Source: Ancylonema sp. (Eukaryota). From it: DNA of 59,795 nt. The notes beneath the pieces are model-generated. The model did not search any database. It saw nothing but the letters and a program-made list of their open reading frames with translations, and was not told the origin of the DNA. The DNA lies in NCBI GenBank assembly GCA_050230475.1, contig JBFLGF010000009.1:62001-121795 (forward strand). The letters are read 5' to 3'. Shown piece after piece: positions 35,287 to 47,504 of this stretch; the first letter of the stretch is position 1; every line of letters begins with the position of its first letter. The position numbers and the translations under genes are program-made.

Positions 35287-37663
35287 AGGAATGTACATCT
35301 GTAAATGGTAGACAGCGAAAGGATACATAGAAGGTGAGGATGAAGAGGAGAGGACATAAGATGGGAAGGACGGAATACGCTGAAATGCCTGGAGCGGAAT
35401 AGAAGAAGAGGAGAGGGTTTGGGTTTGAGGGAGTAGAGACAACTGCGTTCATAGGGTCTGCATAGGGGGTTACGTGTGTGCTGCAAATACGTTCGGGGGG
35501 GTGACAAGTGTAGAAGAAATGTGAAGTGATGTCAGCAGTTATGTCAGCAGTGATGTCAGCAACATTGGAGGATTGATATAGGGGAGGGGGAAGGGAGGAA
35601 CTCGCAAGGGGAAACAACCTCTGATGTGGGCTAGGGTTTGGAAGGAGGATGCAAAGACTAAGGGAGGGCTCGAACCACCAAGGCGTAGGAGCAGCCTTAT
35701 TGTGTATATGTATGATCGAGTAAAACTTTGTTAATAGCCAGAGGTGGAGGGACAGCGAAGCAGAAAAAAAAAAGTGTTGCGGGTTTCGCAAAACTTTGGA
35801 ACACTAGATTGGTTGAGTTGGAACAGTTACGGCAACTGGTTTGATAGAATTCTTCACAATTCCACGATATTTTCGCATGTACAAACGAAATGTATGTCAG
35901 TGATACCTCTGAGATAGAATGGGTGTGTTGCATCAATTAACGAGTATAGATCACACAAGCACATTCCTCTATGTCTTCAGTAACTTCAATGACTTCTTTT
36001 GGAAATCATATTTTAGACATTCGCATCATCAATAGTGATACAAGTTACACCAAATCAAGTGTTTTTGCATCAACAGGTACCACGCCTGAGCTTGCACGAT
36101 CGCGCGCGAACTTTTTGGGAGCTTGTCATGTAAATTGTAATTGCAATTGTAGAACGGTTGACAAACTTCTCTCACAAGAATTCGAATTCCAAGAATGTCC
36201 TTCATACCAATTGAAGCCACATACGTCGTGATTTTGACAACCTAGGAGATTATATGCATGAGAACTTGCCGTGCGTGCCATGCAACCACGGGATGATCAG
36301 TATTGAGGTTCAACCCTCCCCCTCGCGGCAAAACACGAGAATGGATCTTATCTTCGGCCGTAAATAACCCCAAACCACGCTTTTTAGCAATTACTACAAC
36401 GACAATCCCTCCCCCCCAGATTAATTGTATAATCAGCGTTATTTTCGAGCAGTATGGTAGCATTCGTATCTGGTTGTTTGATTGTACGGGTAGAGGAGAA
36501 AAAGTAGAGGAGTATTCATTATAATTATAATTCTGGTATTCAGGATATCAATGATGTATACAGCCAATACCCTTCGTCTTGACTTGGGAGAGAGATGCGT
36601 GCACATAAGAGTTTGACTTTTTCTGAGTTGCTTGACACAAAATTACAACCTCAATTCTTCGTAAATGTCCAACATTCATCCACTTGATTGACAAAAAGGC
36701 ATAGGGTTGACAAATTACGACAAGGTAATGTGAATGTAGCTGTACCATAGTTATATGTATTTAAAAATAGCGATGGTGTCGACATTGAGGTTCAAGGCAT
36801 GGTGATGGTACTGTCAATGATGATGGTTTTGTGACCATACAAAATGATAACCCAACACCTTCGTCGGTAAAGCCGCAAAACAACAGATGCTACATGGAAG
36901 CTTTTAACAAATATTTTAAAATCTGAATGAAGCGGGGAAACAAATATTTTAAAATCTGAATGAAGCCGGGGGGGTTTCGATGTGAGTTTTAATCACAAGA
37001 GACACACTCCATTGTCTTCTCCAACCAACCTCATCTCTAACTAAATAAGAACTATGGCTTTCACTCGGGATTTTGGGGGGAGGCTACCTAAGGTTGCTTT
37101 AGCTCACTCTGGTGCATTAATAATATCGTTGGCGACATACAAACACCCCTCAAACATTTTCCATTGTTCGACTTAAAGGGTCTCTTCTACAATATGACAA
37201 GAAAAATAAAATCATGTTCCACATCATTATCTCTAAGGTCGAAATGCCTCCACGGGCTCGTGCGCCGACAACGAGAATTGAATGCGATTTCGAACCTTGT
37301 CCACCTGAAAGAACTCAAAAAGAAAATGACAAATGCATCAATTCAAATCTACTGAATCTACAGTCCAAATTTGATGAATGCAAGATTGATGGCATGTCTA
37401 CGTACCTCCCAACTACATAGCGATATGAATGACAAGGAACCAACTTCCACCGACAATCGATTATATTGCGAGTGATCGATATTTCGCTATATTTATATAT
37501 TTCCTCGTTGGCAATCTCGACCTGCCCTCATTTCTGCACATCTTCGTGGGCTACAAGCTCCTAGCTGGACACATTCAATGTCCGACCCTAAGCATGCTTC
37601 AAGGTTCCGTGGAGACGTTAGGTCCCAACAGCTGCTGCATGTGACAGGTGACAGCTGTCCACT

Positions 37664-40600
37664 TCATCTCACCCCTGGGATGAGGCTGGTCTGGTTACGA
37701 TGCAATTGCAGCCAACCAGAGACTGCCTCCAGGTCGGCCAATAGGAGCTCGCCATCGTCTGCCAGCAAGTTCACCTGCGAAAAAAACAGCAGGCAAAGGA
37801 AGCAGCCACAGACAAAATTGTCATCATTACCCTGGTCCAGCACAAGTGCACCATTGTTTTTTTGAAATCATTCCGTTTCTATACTGCCGATCGCCGAATG
37901 CTGAATGTCCGAAGATTACAAATCAGAAGCTCCTTTAATTCAACTCAAAGACGATACAGCACTGTGTCAGTATTTAAGCATAATTTAAAACTAATATATT
38001 CGGGAATGCTTATTACACATGTCTACCTCCACAACTTCCAAGCGTTCTCCAGAACAACTCCCCTCTGCTTTCATGCTTTCATGCTTTCATGCTTTCATGC
38101 TTTCACGAGGCAAGTGTCACCATGCATGCTTTCTGCCTTCTTCCCTTTCCAGCGATAGACCAACTGATAACCATGGCCACTCATAGTCTCTCCTTCCCCG
38201 CTTTTCACCTCCCTCCCCTCCTCAAACAAGGGGGAGAGGAGAGTGTGCTCACCTCTGCCTCTGCTTTCCCGAGGTTGATCTTCAACATTGCTTCCTTCAT
38301 GGACCACACCTTGTGCTCCCTTTCGACCCTTTGCTGAACGGATACAAGATCCATCCTCAGGGCCTCTGACCTGCTAGGCACGCCACCATTGGCCCACGCA
38401 TCAGCAAAGCGACCAAGAAAGTGGAGTAAGGTGCGCAGATCCATGTCAAGGATGTAGAGGTAACGAGAGTGTGGCCATGATGATGGTGATCATACATTCC
38501 AGCCTATAGTTGCTGTGGAGGCTGGGTTGGGATGGCAGCTCATGCTCATCTCTGTCGCATGCCACCTCTCCAGCAGAGTGTGTGAGTGCATACCATTGGG
38601 TATCACAACTCTTGCCAACTCCGCCTCACTTGTTTGTCTACAAACCCGACCTCGTATCTAAGCTGGGCTGCAAAGTGGGTTGTTGAGTGTTTCTGATGAC
38701 TTTCTGACGATGGAATCAAAGTCTGCAGGATGCGAGCGTTTACTAATACTTACTGTTTTGCAAGCTTCTTTTTCTCCCCCGTCTCCACCCCCACCTCCTC
38801 CTTGGCACCCTTCAACTGCTCTCCCAGCTGCTGCAGCATCCTTTCAGAACCCTTCACCCGATCCAACTGGCACTGCAGATCCCTTCGCCCTGAAAGGAGG
38901 CCTTCATTCTCTGCTTGTGCACACCGCAGCATGTCCGAAACTCGATCAAGCCCCTGCCTCAGACCCTCTGCCTCCCTCCTCCACAGATCTTCTGCTTCTC
39001 GCTGCATCCCGAGTTGCACCACAGCTTGCTTCAGCTTCACTTCCACGTCCTCCACCTCCCCATTCTTCTTCCCCGCCACCCTCTCTGCCGCCTCCACCTC
39101 TGCTTTTAGTGCCAGCACCTCCAGCTCCCGGCTCCTCATCAGCATCTTCTGACGCACTGTCTCTGCACTCAGAGCATCCGTCTCACCACGATACCTTGCC
39201 AGGCTTTCGTTGGTGACCTCCAGGGATGTCTGCAGACTGGCACTTACGGTCCACGCCTCCTCCAGTTCCACTCCGTTCCTCTCAGCTTCCTTTCTCAGCT
39301 CTTCGATGCAACTGACCAGCGTGCACCCTTTCTCCCGTGCTTCATCCCTCTCAAGGATAGCACCACACAACTCATCTTCTAACTTATCAACCGACTGCCT
39401 CAGCTCATCTACCTGGCCTACAACAGCCCTGTCTTCCTCCGCCCGTGCCACCTGCAGCTGGAGCTTCTCCACCTCCTCTCGCAGGTCCTTGGCTGCCATC
39501 TTCGCACTCTGCACCTCTCCCTTCTTCCGTTCATAGGCCTCGTGCACAAGCTTCAGACTCTTCACCTTCTCCTCATTCTCTCTCTCCGCCTCCCGCCACC
39601 TCTCCTCCGCCTCCCTCGTCCGCTGCACCCCCTCGGACCCCCTGGCCATCGCCATCTCTAGCTCCCTATTCGTACTATCCACCAACTCCTGCAGCGTCTG
39701 TATCTCTGCGATGTGCCTTTCCTTCGCCCTGCACACGTCGGAGTGTAGACGACCGGTCGTCGCAACGCCTTCCATGCGCAGCTCTTCCAGCACCGTGGAC
39801 GCTGACTTCAGGCAGCCCTCGACATCCGCGACCTCCACTCTACGGCGCCGCAACTCTCCCTCCAGCTCCATGTGCTTCTCCCGCAAACTGTTCACCTCCA
39901 CTCCGTGCCTCTCGAGAGCCACTCCCACTTGGGACAACTCTTCTTCTCTCTCCTCCAGCTCAGCCTCCAGCTGTCCCTCAACTTTCGCATGCATCTCAAC
40001 CTCCTTTCTTAGACTCCAACATTCGGACTGCATTTCCTTGAGCTGCGCCTGCACGGAAGCCAGCTCATCAGTGGAGATCTTCAGGTGCTCCTTCAGTGAT
40101 CTTCGTTCCTGCTCCCTTCCTTTCTTCTCCTCAGCCAACTCGTTTCTCAGAGCGTGCGTTTCAGTCCACATTTCTCTCAGCTCCCCATGGGTGCGCCCCG
40201 GATCTGATTTCGCCGCTCCCTCTTCATAATCTATCGACCCTCTGCTTCCGCTTTCCAGAACTTCACAGATATCAAGCACTACCGAACCGGGTGTGCTTTG
40301 AGCATAATCAGGAGTCTCCTCTTCCTCATCCAAGTCGGTTATCCCACTGGACCCTGAGGATGGGCTGGGACTCCCCGTGTCCCCAGCCTTGCCATGACCT
40401 TGGAAAACAAATTCGGGGATGCCGTCCATAGAACCTTGTGGTGCTGCCACCGGACTTTTGTTCACATGATCCCAGGTGTTTAATACGTCAGGTTGTTCTG
40501 CCACATTGGCGGGGTGTTGCTGGTACCTGACTTCCTTTAATGCATCCTCAGCAGCCTCAATTCTACTCTGGAGCTCTTCCTTCTCTGCAGCCAGTGCATC

Positions 40601-41405
40601 AAGATGAGTTCTCATTGTTATTTGATTCTCTAATTTGGCGAAAAAAGTACGCTCCTCCAGGTCTTCCAAACCCTTGACCATGTCGCGGCAAGCCTCGAGC
40701 AGGTTGCAGGTACCACGCACGGTATTCCTATCGCCGTGTAATGTGCCATCCAACCAGGGAGGTTTGGTGGACCAAAATGAAGGGGAGGACAGGTAGAGAT
40801 GGGAGTTGCTGGATTCGCGTGGGATGACCTTTGAGGTCATCAAAAGAGGAGGTGCAAGATTGTACTCCACACCCTTGTCAGCTTTGAAAGCCAATCGAGA
40901 TCTCAAATCCTCAAACAACTCTTTGACGAGTTTGTGCATTTCCGTAAACGACTGCAACTGCTTGACCTTAGCCTTTAAATCCCCGATCTCTCCCGCTTCG
41001 TTCCTCCTTCCCCTCTGAAGGTTTACTAGCTCCTTGACCAATTCCTGCGAAATGAATTGAAAGCCATTAGATGTGGTAAGAAACACGTCAGCAATATCGT
41101 AATGACAACGGAATTCAAACGAGAACACGCACATGCCCTGATACATCGACAGCACATGGATGTATGTGGGGCCGGCAAAGGACTCGAAATGAATTCGAAC
41201 ACAGCAAAACGCACCTCATTTCTGTCACGAAGAATGCCATCCGTGACATCGTACACGCACGCAATCTCCTGAAACTCCATTGCGACAAAAAATAGAGAAC
41301 ACTGAGGTATTTGACGGCCTACGCCAGACTCACATTTTCTTTTTCCTCAAATGGAACTCTGCGTTCATCCGTATGGCCCGACGATCGAGCAGCTTCCGAA
41401 CTCAT
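37664..41405 (-). CDS. Large coiled-coil protein of unknown family (possible KIP1/NET-like)
   Basis: Exons about 41405-41334, 41268-41215, 41045-38754, 38370-38252 and 37774-37664 join in phase with GT-AG boundaries. The long central exon has extensive E/L/R heptads. Confidence 0.75.
38067..38106 (+). repeat. Intronic tandem repeat (GCTTTCAT)n
   Basis: About 5 units of 8 nt. Confidence 0.9.
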
Positions 41406-42152
41406 CGCGCATTGCTGTGCTGCTAGACCTGTCGATGTCCACCGACGTGTCAAGATTGCGGAGGATACCCTTGTGAACTCTCAATCGTTACAGTGCGTGG
41501 TCATCGTTTCGTTGAAGCCTGAATTTAAATGTGGCGCGAGAAGCACGGGAACACGGCAGATATGGTCTCTATCTCCTACGTCACACTCTACACGTATTAA
41601 ACCTCTCATACAATTGGCCATTGTGCATGATATGACGACGTGGATTTTGTTACACAACTGGATTGTACAACCAGCTGGCATAATTCAATTCAGTCGCAAT
41701 TATGCAACCAACCTCCGAACCGGGGCACGTGCAAAGCCACGACAGAATTCTGCCTCCCCTCCATACCATTCCCTCCATTCTGGATACATCACCATGACGA
41801 CGGCCCACGACATTCGGAAGCTTCATCGGAATAGAAACAACTCCGTTTGACAATGAAGAATACAAGTAACGAAAACTCTGCGCAGCTGGTGCTGCATTAT
41901 CTATCACGCGGCTTCAGATCCTGATTATCCAGACGCAGATATGATTGCGTCCGTCCGCATTGCAGTTCGGTCATCATGAATTCCCTGCCATCAAGATTTG
42001 GCAAATTCGTGGTGCGTTAACAACTTTCTCTGGTATCCTCGCAAGAATGGCGAAATTTCATGCAGTTACCGTATTGAATGTCGAAGGGAATCGCTTCAGC
42101 AAAAAATGGAATCCATCAGCACGCGTAGCGCACTTGTAATCACATTTATTCA

Positions 42153-44126
42153 ATGCAGCTTTTGATGGCTCTGGGGGGACTGCCGCAGCATCTGCCACAT
42201 CCCATGTCTTTGCTATTTTCGTCGACAACACTTCATTCTCAGATCAATCAATTATCTAAATTTCCGGAATCAAGACAACTGAGTCCCAAAACTATTCGAC
42301 ATACACACCATTTGACCGCCACTGCAGCTTCCACTGGAAATTCCTCTGACGGCCCATCCTCTAGTCGTGAAGACCCTTCCGATGTTGCGAAGCATTCGAG
42401 TCAGCCCCAGGAGTCAGAGGTGTCCTCACATTCTCCCCGGAAGCCTCCACAACCCGAGGAGTTCCCATCAGATGTGACAGAATTGGTCCAATGGGGAGGC
42501 ACCTTGCCATCTAGCCGCCGTATCGTGGTTGGAGCAGCAGTGGGTCTTGCTGTAGCCCTGGGTTCAGATTTTATCGGTATAACGAGCCTCCTTCTGGGAC
42601 TGGCTCCTGATTTGTCGAGGGACCTTCGGGCAGACTTGCTATATCCTGTCCAAGGCTTCAAGCGCTGCTATGAGACCAGCCGAGGATTCGGTGAGTGCTT
42701 GTCTCAGTGCGGCTCTACATCCCCTTTACAAACTTTTGGTGAAAAAAGTGAATGTGTTGGTGATGGTACAGACACAGTGTGATGTAGATCAACACTCTTC
42801 CTATTTTTGCTCCTCCTTTGATGTCCGTCCCACCTCCGGTTCGAGATAACTTCAGAATTTGTTGACGCCTTCGAGCCAAATCGTTGTTCATTTCAAGCGA
42901 CTGTCTTCGTTATTCACACCACTTTCACTCCCATACTCAAATCATCGAGATCACTTCCTCTCCTTCGGCCTTTTGAACCCCACCTCCATTACCTGGACCC
43001 ACCAATCAGCAAAACGTGCAATTCGTCCATTGCATCCAATACACTTCAGTTTCTCTTCAGTCTCTCTTAGTTTTCTGTCTCATTTCTCGCGGCCTCTCCA
43101 ATGTAAATCAATCGCAACTCGGAGTGCGAAGTTGAGTCGACTCCACGGCTCTAACCGACACTTTTCAACCATTTGAAACACCTCCTCACCTGCAACACTT
43201 CAAGAAATTCATGCGGCTCCATTCGTCCATCCTCTTGTCCACCCATGTGTAGAGTTTATGTACCCCGCCCGATGGGTGGGCGATCAGCGTCTTCTGTACC
43301 GCGCAGTTGAGAGGGCCGAGCGTGAGCGTTCACTCGACCTTCCATCCCTCCGTATCGAGCAAGCCCGCAATCGACGTAGGGCGGCAATAGAGCCTTTGGT
43401 AGCGTATGGGCCGCCCGGCAGCGAAGGAGAGCTCAATGTGTCAGTTGTCGTGGCTCCATTGGCTGCTGGATTCAGGTATTTAATGACAAATACATGGGTA
43501 TGGCCCGCCAACGTTGGGAAGCCAGTGTGGGAATATAATTGTTGAGGGGACAGCTACAAGGGTCGGTACCAAACTTATGCATACTTATCTTTGAATCGGA
43601 CTATCACTCTCCTCCTTGTAGAACCCTAAGGTGGCGTGGAAATGTTGAATGAATCATTTCCAGAATGTATTATCTCGTTGTATGTCAGGGTTTTAAGGTT
43701 TTGGTGCCCCGTCAAATCATATCAGCAATGCAACATGTACCGGTCGTGATTATTTATCATCTTCAACATTTTTCCTGCAGTCTCGAAAAGTTTGGTAGTC
43801 CCTCTACAGTTGGGGAACGCATATTGGGGACCGTTATCGCTCCTGAAGGCTCAGGAAAAACGGCACGCCTACTCTCCGCCTCTCAAAGTCTCAAGGACTC
43901 GTTGTTGTATTACACCCTCGAGTACACAGTACAAAGTTCGACGTTTTTCAGACATAACGTGAGTGTATACGTTGCATATGATGATAATCTGTTCTCTTTG
44001 AATGCTCAAACACATGAGAGGGAGTGGCCAAAGGTGGAAAGTTCTTTCATAACGATGGCACACTCTTTCATGGTTGTTCAAAATTTTGGTGGGGCCCCAA
44101 AGCAAGACATCCCAAAGATGTTGTGA
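42153..44126 (+). CDS. PPD7: PsbP domain-containing protein 7-like, thylakoid lumen
   Basis: Exons 42153-42690, 43253-43475, 43781-44126. Transit peptide, SRR twin-Arg plus hydrophobic stretch, then DLLYPVQGFKRC..GFEFMYPARWVGDQRLLYRA..EPLVAYGPPGSEGELNVSVVV..FSLEKFGSP..YYTLEYTVQSSTFFRHNVSVY..LFSLNAQT..W. Confidence 0.92.
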
Positions 44127-45588
44127 TTGTTGTACAATAACATGATTGATGTCAAATTGCCATCGACTCAAAATAGTTATGTTATATTTGAGGCAATAAG
44201 TTAACATGATTCTGCGATTCTGCGATGTTCTAAGTTGTCACAAAATTTCGCAACTTTCAAATCGCATGTGTATGTAAACAATGTGAGAGTGTGAACCCGA
44301 CCAACTTTATGTATACCTAGTCTTGATCGTCTACTCCGAAGAAAGAGTCTCGATTTGTCAATCGTTTTCAAGTTGTATTCTTGCCAAGGTCTGAAAACAT
44401 GAATCGTCGTGTCATCAACGTCATCAACATCACCGCCCTTCCATACCCTTTCTCACCATGTGACAAAGTGTCGCTTCAGCTTCACAAGTCAACTCTTCGA
44501 TGCGTCTTGTTCCGCCCCCTCTCTCTCGCCCTCGCCCCTAATGGAAGGTTGCGAAATTGAACTAGACTCCTGATTTTTAAGAATTTGCACACAAAAGCTT
44601 GGAGGGAATCATAATTATTGATACTCAATTACCCCATAGTGTACGTCTCTCTACTTCCTTCACCATTTATTATAGCTTTGTCGATGGCGTCTTCACATTT
44701 TCCTCCTCCATATGCTTGCTATCTATGTCCTCTCACCCCTTTTATATTTCAGCATGTCACCAACATTCTGGTTTGTCGAAGAGGTATGGCATCCCCCATG
44801 CTCTAGCCCAAACTCCTCATCCTTATCATTTCCAGTAGGTGACCCTAGCAATAAAGTTTACAACACTCAAAAGTTCGGGTGAAAACGTCAACATTCATTT
44901 TGCAAAAAGAGTGACGGCTTAGGCTGGCTCTTCTCTACAAAATTGTTCAAAATGAATTTATGCCAGCTTGACCTCTTCTTTTTTATCACGCAAATATGTT
45001 CCATAATTTACAATTAAATATGATGATTCCCATGAGAATGCGTGTTGATGTAGAATGCATAACATTTCCCATCCCCCCCCCCCATGCTCAACTTGGCATA
45101 GCTTGTCGCTCTGTATTTGCGTTTGTTATCTCAATGTTTGTTCCAGGTTCCCATTCCAATTTACCTCGACATTATGTCGGAAGTAAGTAAGCTCTTACGG
45201 TGTGAGTGTGCCACACAACATCCACTTTGAGTACTCTCTTTACGCAAAGTAAGACGTCGACAATTTGCATTGATGTCCACTCGAGGATATTCACATGAAT
45301 AACTTTAAGACTCATCAAGGACGGAGGTAACTTCGAAAAAAGTACAATAGACTTGCCTCAAGTGCTCTCACATCGAGCATTCCCACACCTTTTAGAGGTA
45401 AAAGTCAAAATCGCACCCATTTTGTACAAACGCGCTTCGAGCCAGCACACACGGCTTGCTTACATCATGCAATGTAAAAGACTAACCAACATAACACCTC
45501 ACATATTCAATCAAGCATGCTATCCTTCAACATTTACCGTTTCTTGTAGCAAAACTACCAAAAAACGAGTCTCCTTATTTAATAATTT

Positions 45589-46722
45589 CTAGGTTGCAAC
45601 GACATCAATATTTTTGGTACAATCTCCGTGGCCCACAAGAGCTAGTTTGGCAGCAACGTATTGCAAGAAGCGCTTTATCCGCTTCTCATTCACACCAAGA
45701 TCACCCTGCAAAGAGTTCACATCAACCAATAGAATGGGTGAGAAGACGAACAATTGGCATCGCTTGCTTCCCACCAATCCTTACAATGCCAAGGCGCAAC
45801 TGGGATTGGACGGAGAACTGCACCACGCTTTGGGGCATGCACTCCATTTGGATGTACATGTCATCGATGAATCCCATGAAAAAGGACATTGCCCGCAGAT
45901 GCAGGAATATGCTGCAGTGACTCTTGCCCACTCCCACAATAGAAGCCCCCTCCTCCACCCGCTTCACCACCACAGCCACGCCGTGCTGCTGCCCAATCCA
46001 CTGCTCCACTGCGCCCAGCGCGTGGTGCATGTACACAGCATATTCTGGTGCGGCAATGGAGGGATCTGGATAGGAAGTGGAGTCTGCAACACGTGCACAG
46101 CCTTGCAACTGCAAAGGGAACACCAAATGTTGTGAGGGCAGCTTTGGGTATGCAAGAGCAGTGTGCAGGGGGAGAGGCGTTACTTTGAGGGTGTCACATC
46201 CATAGGGGAACACATCTGCTCTCATAGTTGCAGGGTCTTTCACTATCTCCAGCGCCCCTCGCATACTGGCCACTCGGATGAGCAGCAGCGCCACAACGTA
46301 TAGCAACAGGCTGCACCACGGACCACGGACCAGGCAAAGCACTTGTGGGATAAGATGTGACGTGAGAATTGATGTGAGATGTGTGCCGATGCCCTACCCG
46401 ACGGCGGCGATGCGACCCCATCCCGCTTCCAATGCTTTGGGATGCTTCCACACCATCCATATGCTGACCCCAAGAGCCAAACTAGCTACTGCCACGCCCC
46501 ACCAATGGCCGTAGAGACAGCCGAAGACAATCTCCACCAAGCTCAGCACGTTGAGAAGCTGCAGCCATTTATATCAGTTCTCAGGAATGACTGCAATTCA
46601 TAATGAATGGGTTCAGCATTTTCACACACCGTTGGCACGTAGATGAACATGAACATTTCGTTTGGCGATATGGTCTCGTCGTCGTCCGGCGTCCGCAAGC
46701 CGCCTACTTCTGCGGTGCTCAT
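45589..46722 (-). CDS. Membrane-anchored DUF1499-like protein
   Basis: Spliced exons give N-terminal TM helices, then FLHLRAMSFFMGFIDDMYIQ..VQSQLRLGI|GDLGVNEKRIKRFLQYV, matching the DUF1499 pattern GFxDD..S.SR.G..DLGVN..RI. Confidence 0.8.
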
Positions 46723-46994
46723 TGCTCCTGCACGCCTTCGAATCCCATGGGGACCGTTGATGTTGATCACTGTGGACATCCGCGGGCGGTCGACACCCCA
46801 AAAGATGTTCAACTCCTACCGCAATGTAAATTCAACGAAGAAAGGTCGCTGGGAGGAGATACATACGTCACGAATACACTGCAGACAGCTCAGGAGCCAC
46901 AGCAGGAGAGGGCAGGCACATTCAATACCTGACTCGAGACCAAAATCGGAGGCACTGCAGTGAGAGAGTGGGTATGGAGTCCTGCAGGTGTGTC

Positions 46995-47025
46995 TGGTTG
47001 CGTGGTTGCGTGGTTGCGTGGTTGC
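46995..47025 (+). repeat. (GGTTGCGT)n short tandem repeat
   Basis: About 4 units between the divergent DUF1499-like and HAKAI genes. Confidence 0.8.
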
Positions 47026-47504
47026 CCAATTGGGCATCAAAATCTTCGATTTGCGCTAAAACGAGTTCTTGCGGACGGGAGTACGAACCATACCGCCCAG
47101 AGATGATGATGATCCGAAAATAATTCTCAAAAGGGTGGATCGGATCATTTAATTAAAATATTTTGCACTGGATTTTCGTTTTCTGAATTGACTTCTGCTT
47201 ATATCCGGATTGAACCCCTCCAACCCCGATTCCTCATCCTGGGGCTGGGCACTGGCCGTCCCGGGACGGGGGTGGCACACAATGCTGGCTGCATTGCACC
47301 CGAGGCATTGGTAAACTCGGTCACTCTTTTGCGAGAGTCTGAGTCACGTCAGCGTCCGGCACAGACTGAGTGCACTCCTGGCCACAGTTCGTATGTCATC
47401 AAAAGATATAGAATTGCATCTCCTATGCTGCCACATTTCGGTACCCTAAGTGAAGTCCGATACCCCAAGTCAAGACCGATATCAAACACAGATAGAATCG
47501 TAGG

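Noticed and set aside
35940..37640. Possible gene or LTR element between ATG13 and the coiled-coil gene
   Set aside because: Only short ORFs, a 28-bp direct repeat near 36907-36966 and a purine tract; no paired LTRs or recognisable domains.
1..44126. Functional cluster of chloroplast genes (VDE, MinC-like, CGL160, PPD7)
   Set aside because: They are interspersed with unrelated genes in mixed orientation, and plastid-targeted genes are common, so chance is sufficient.
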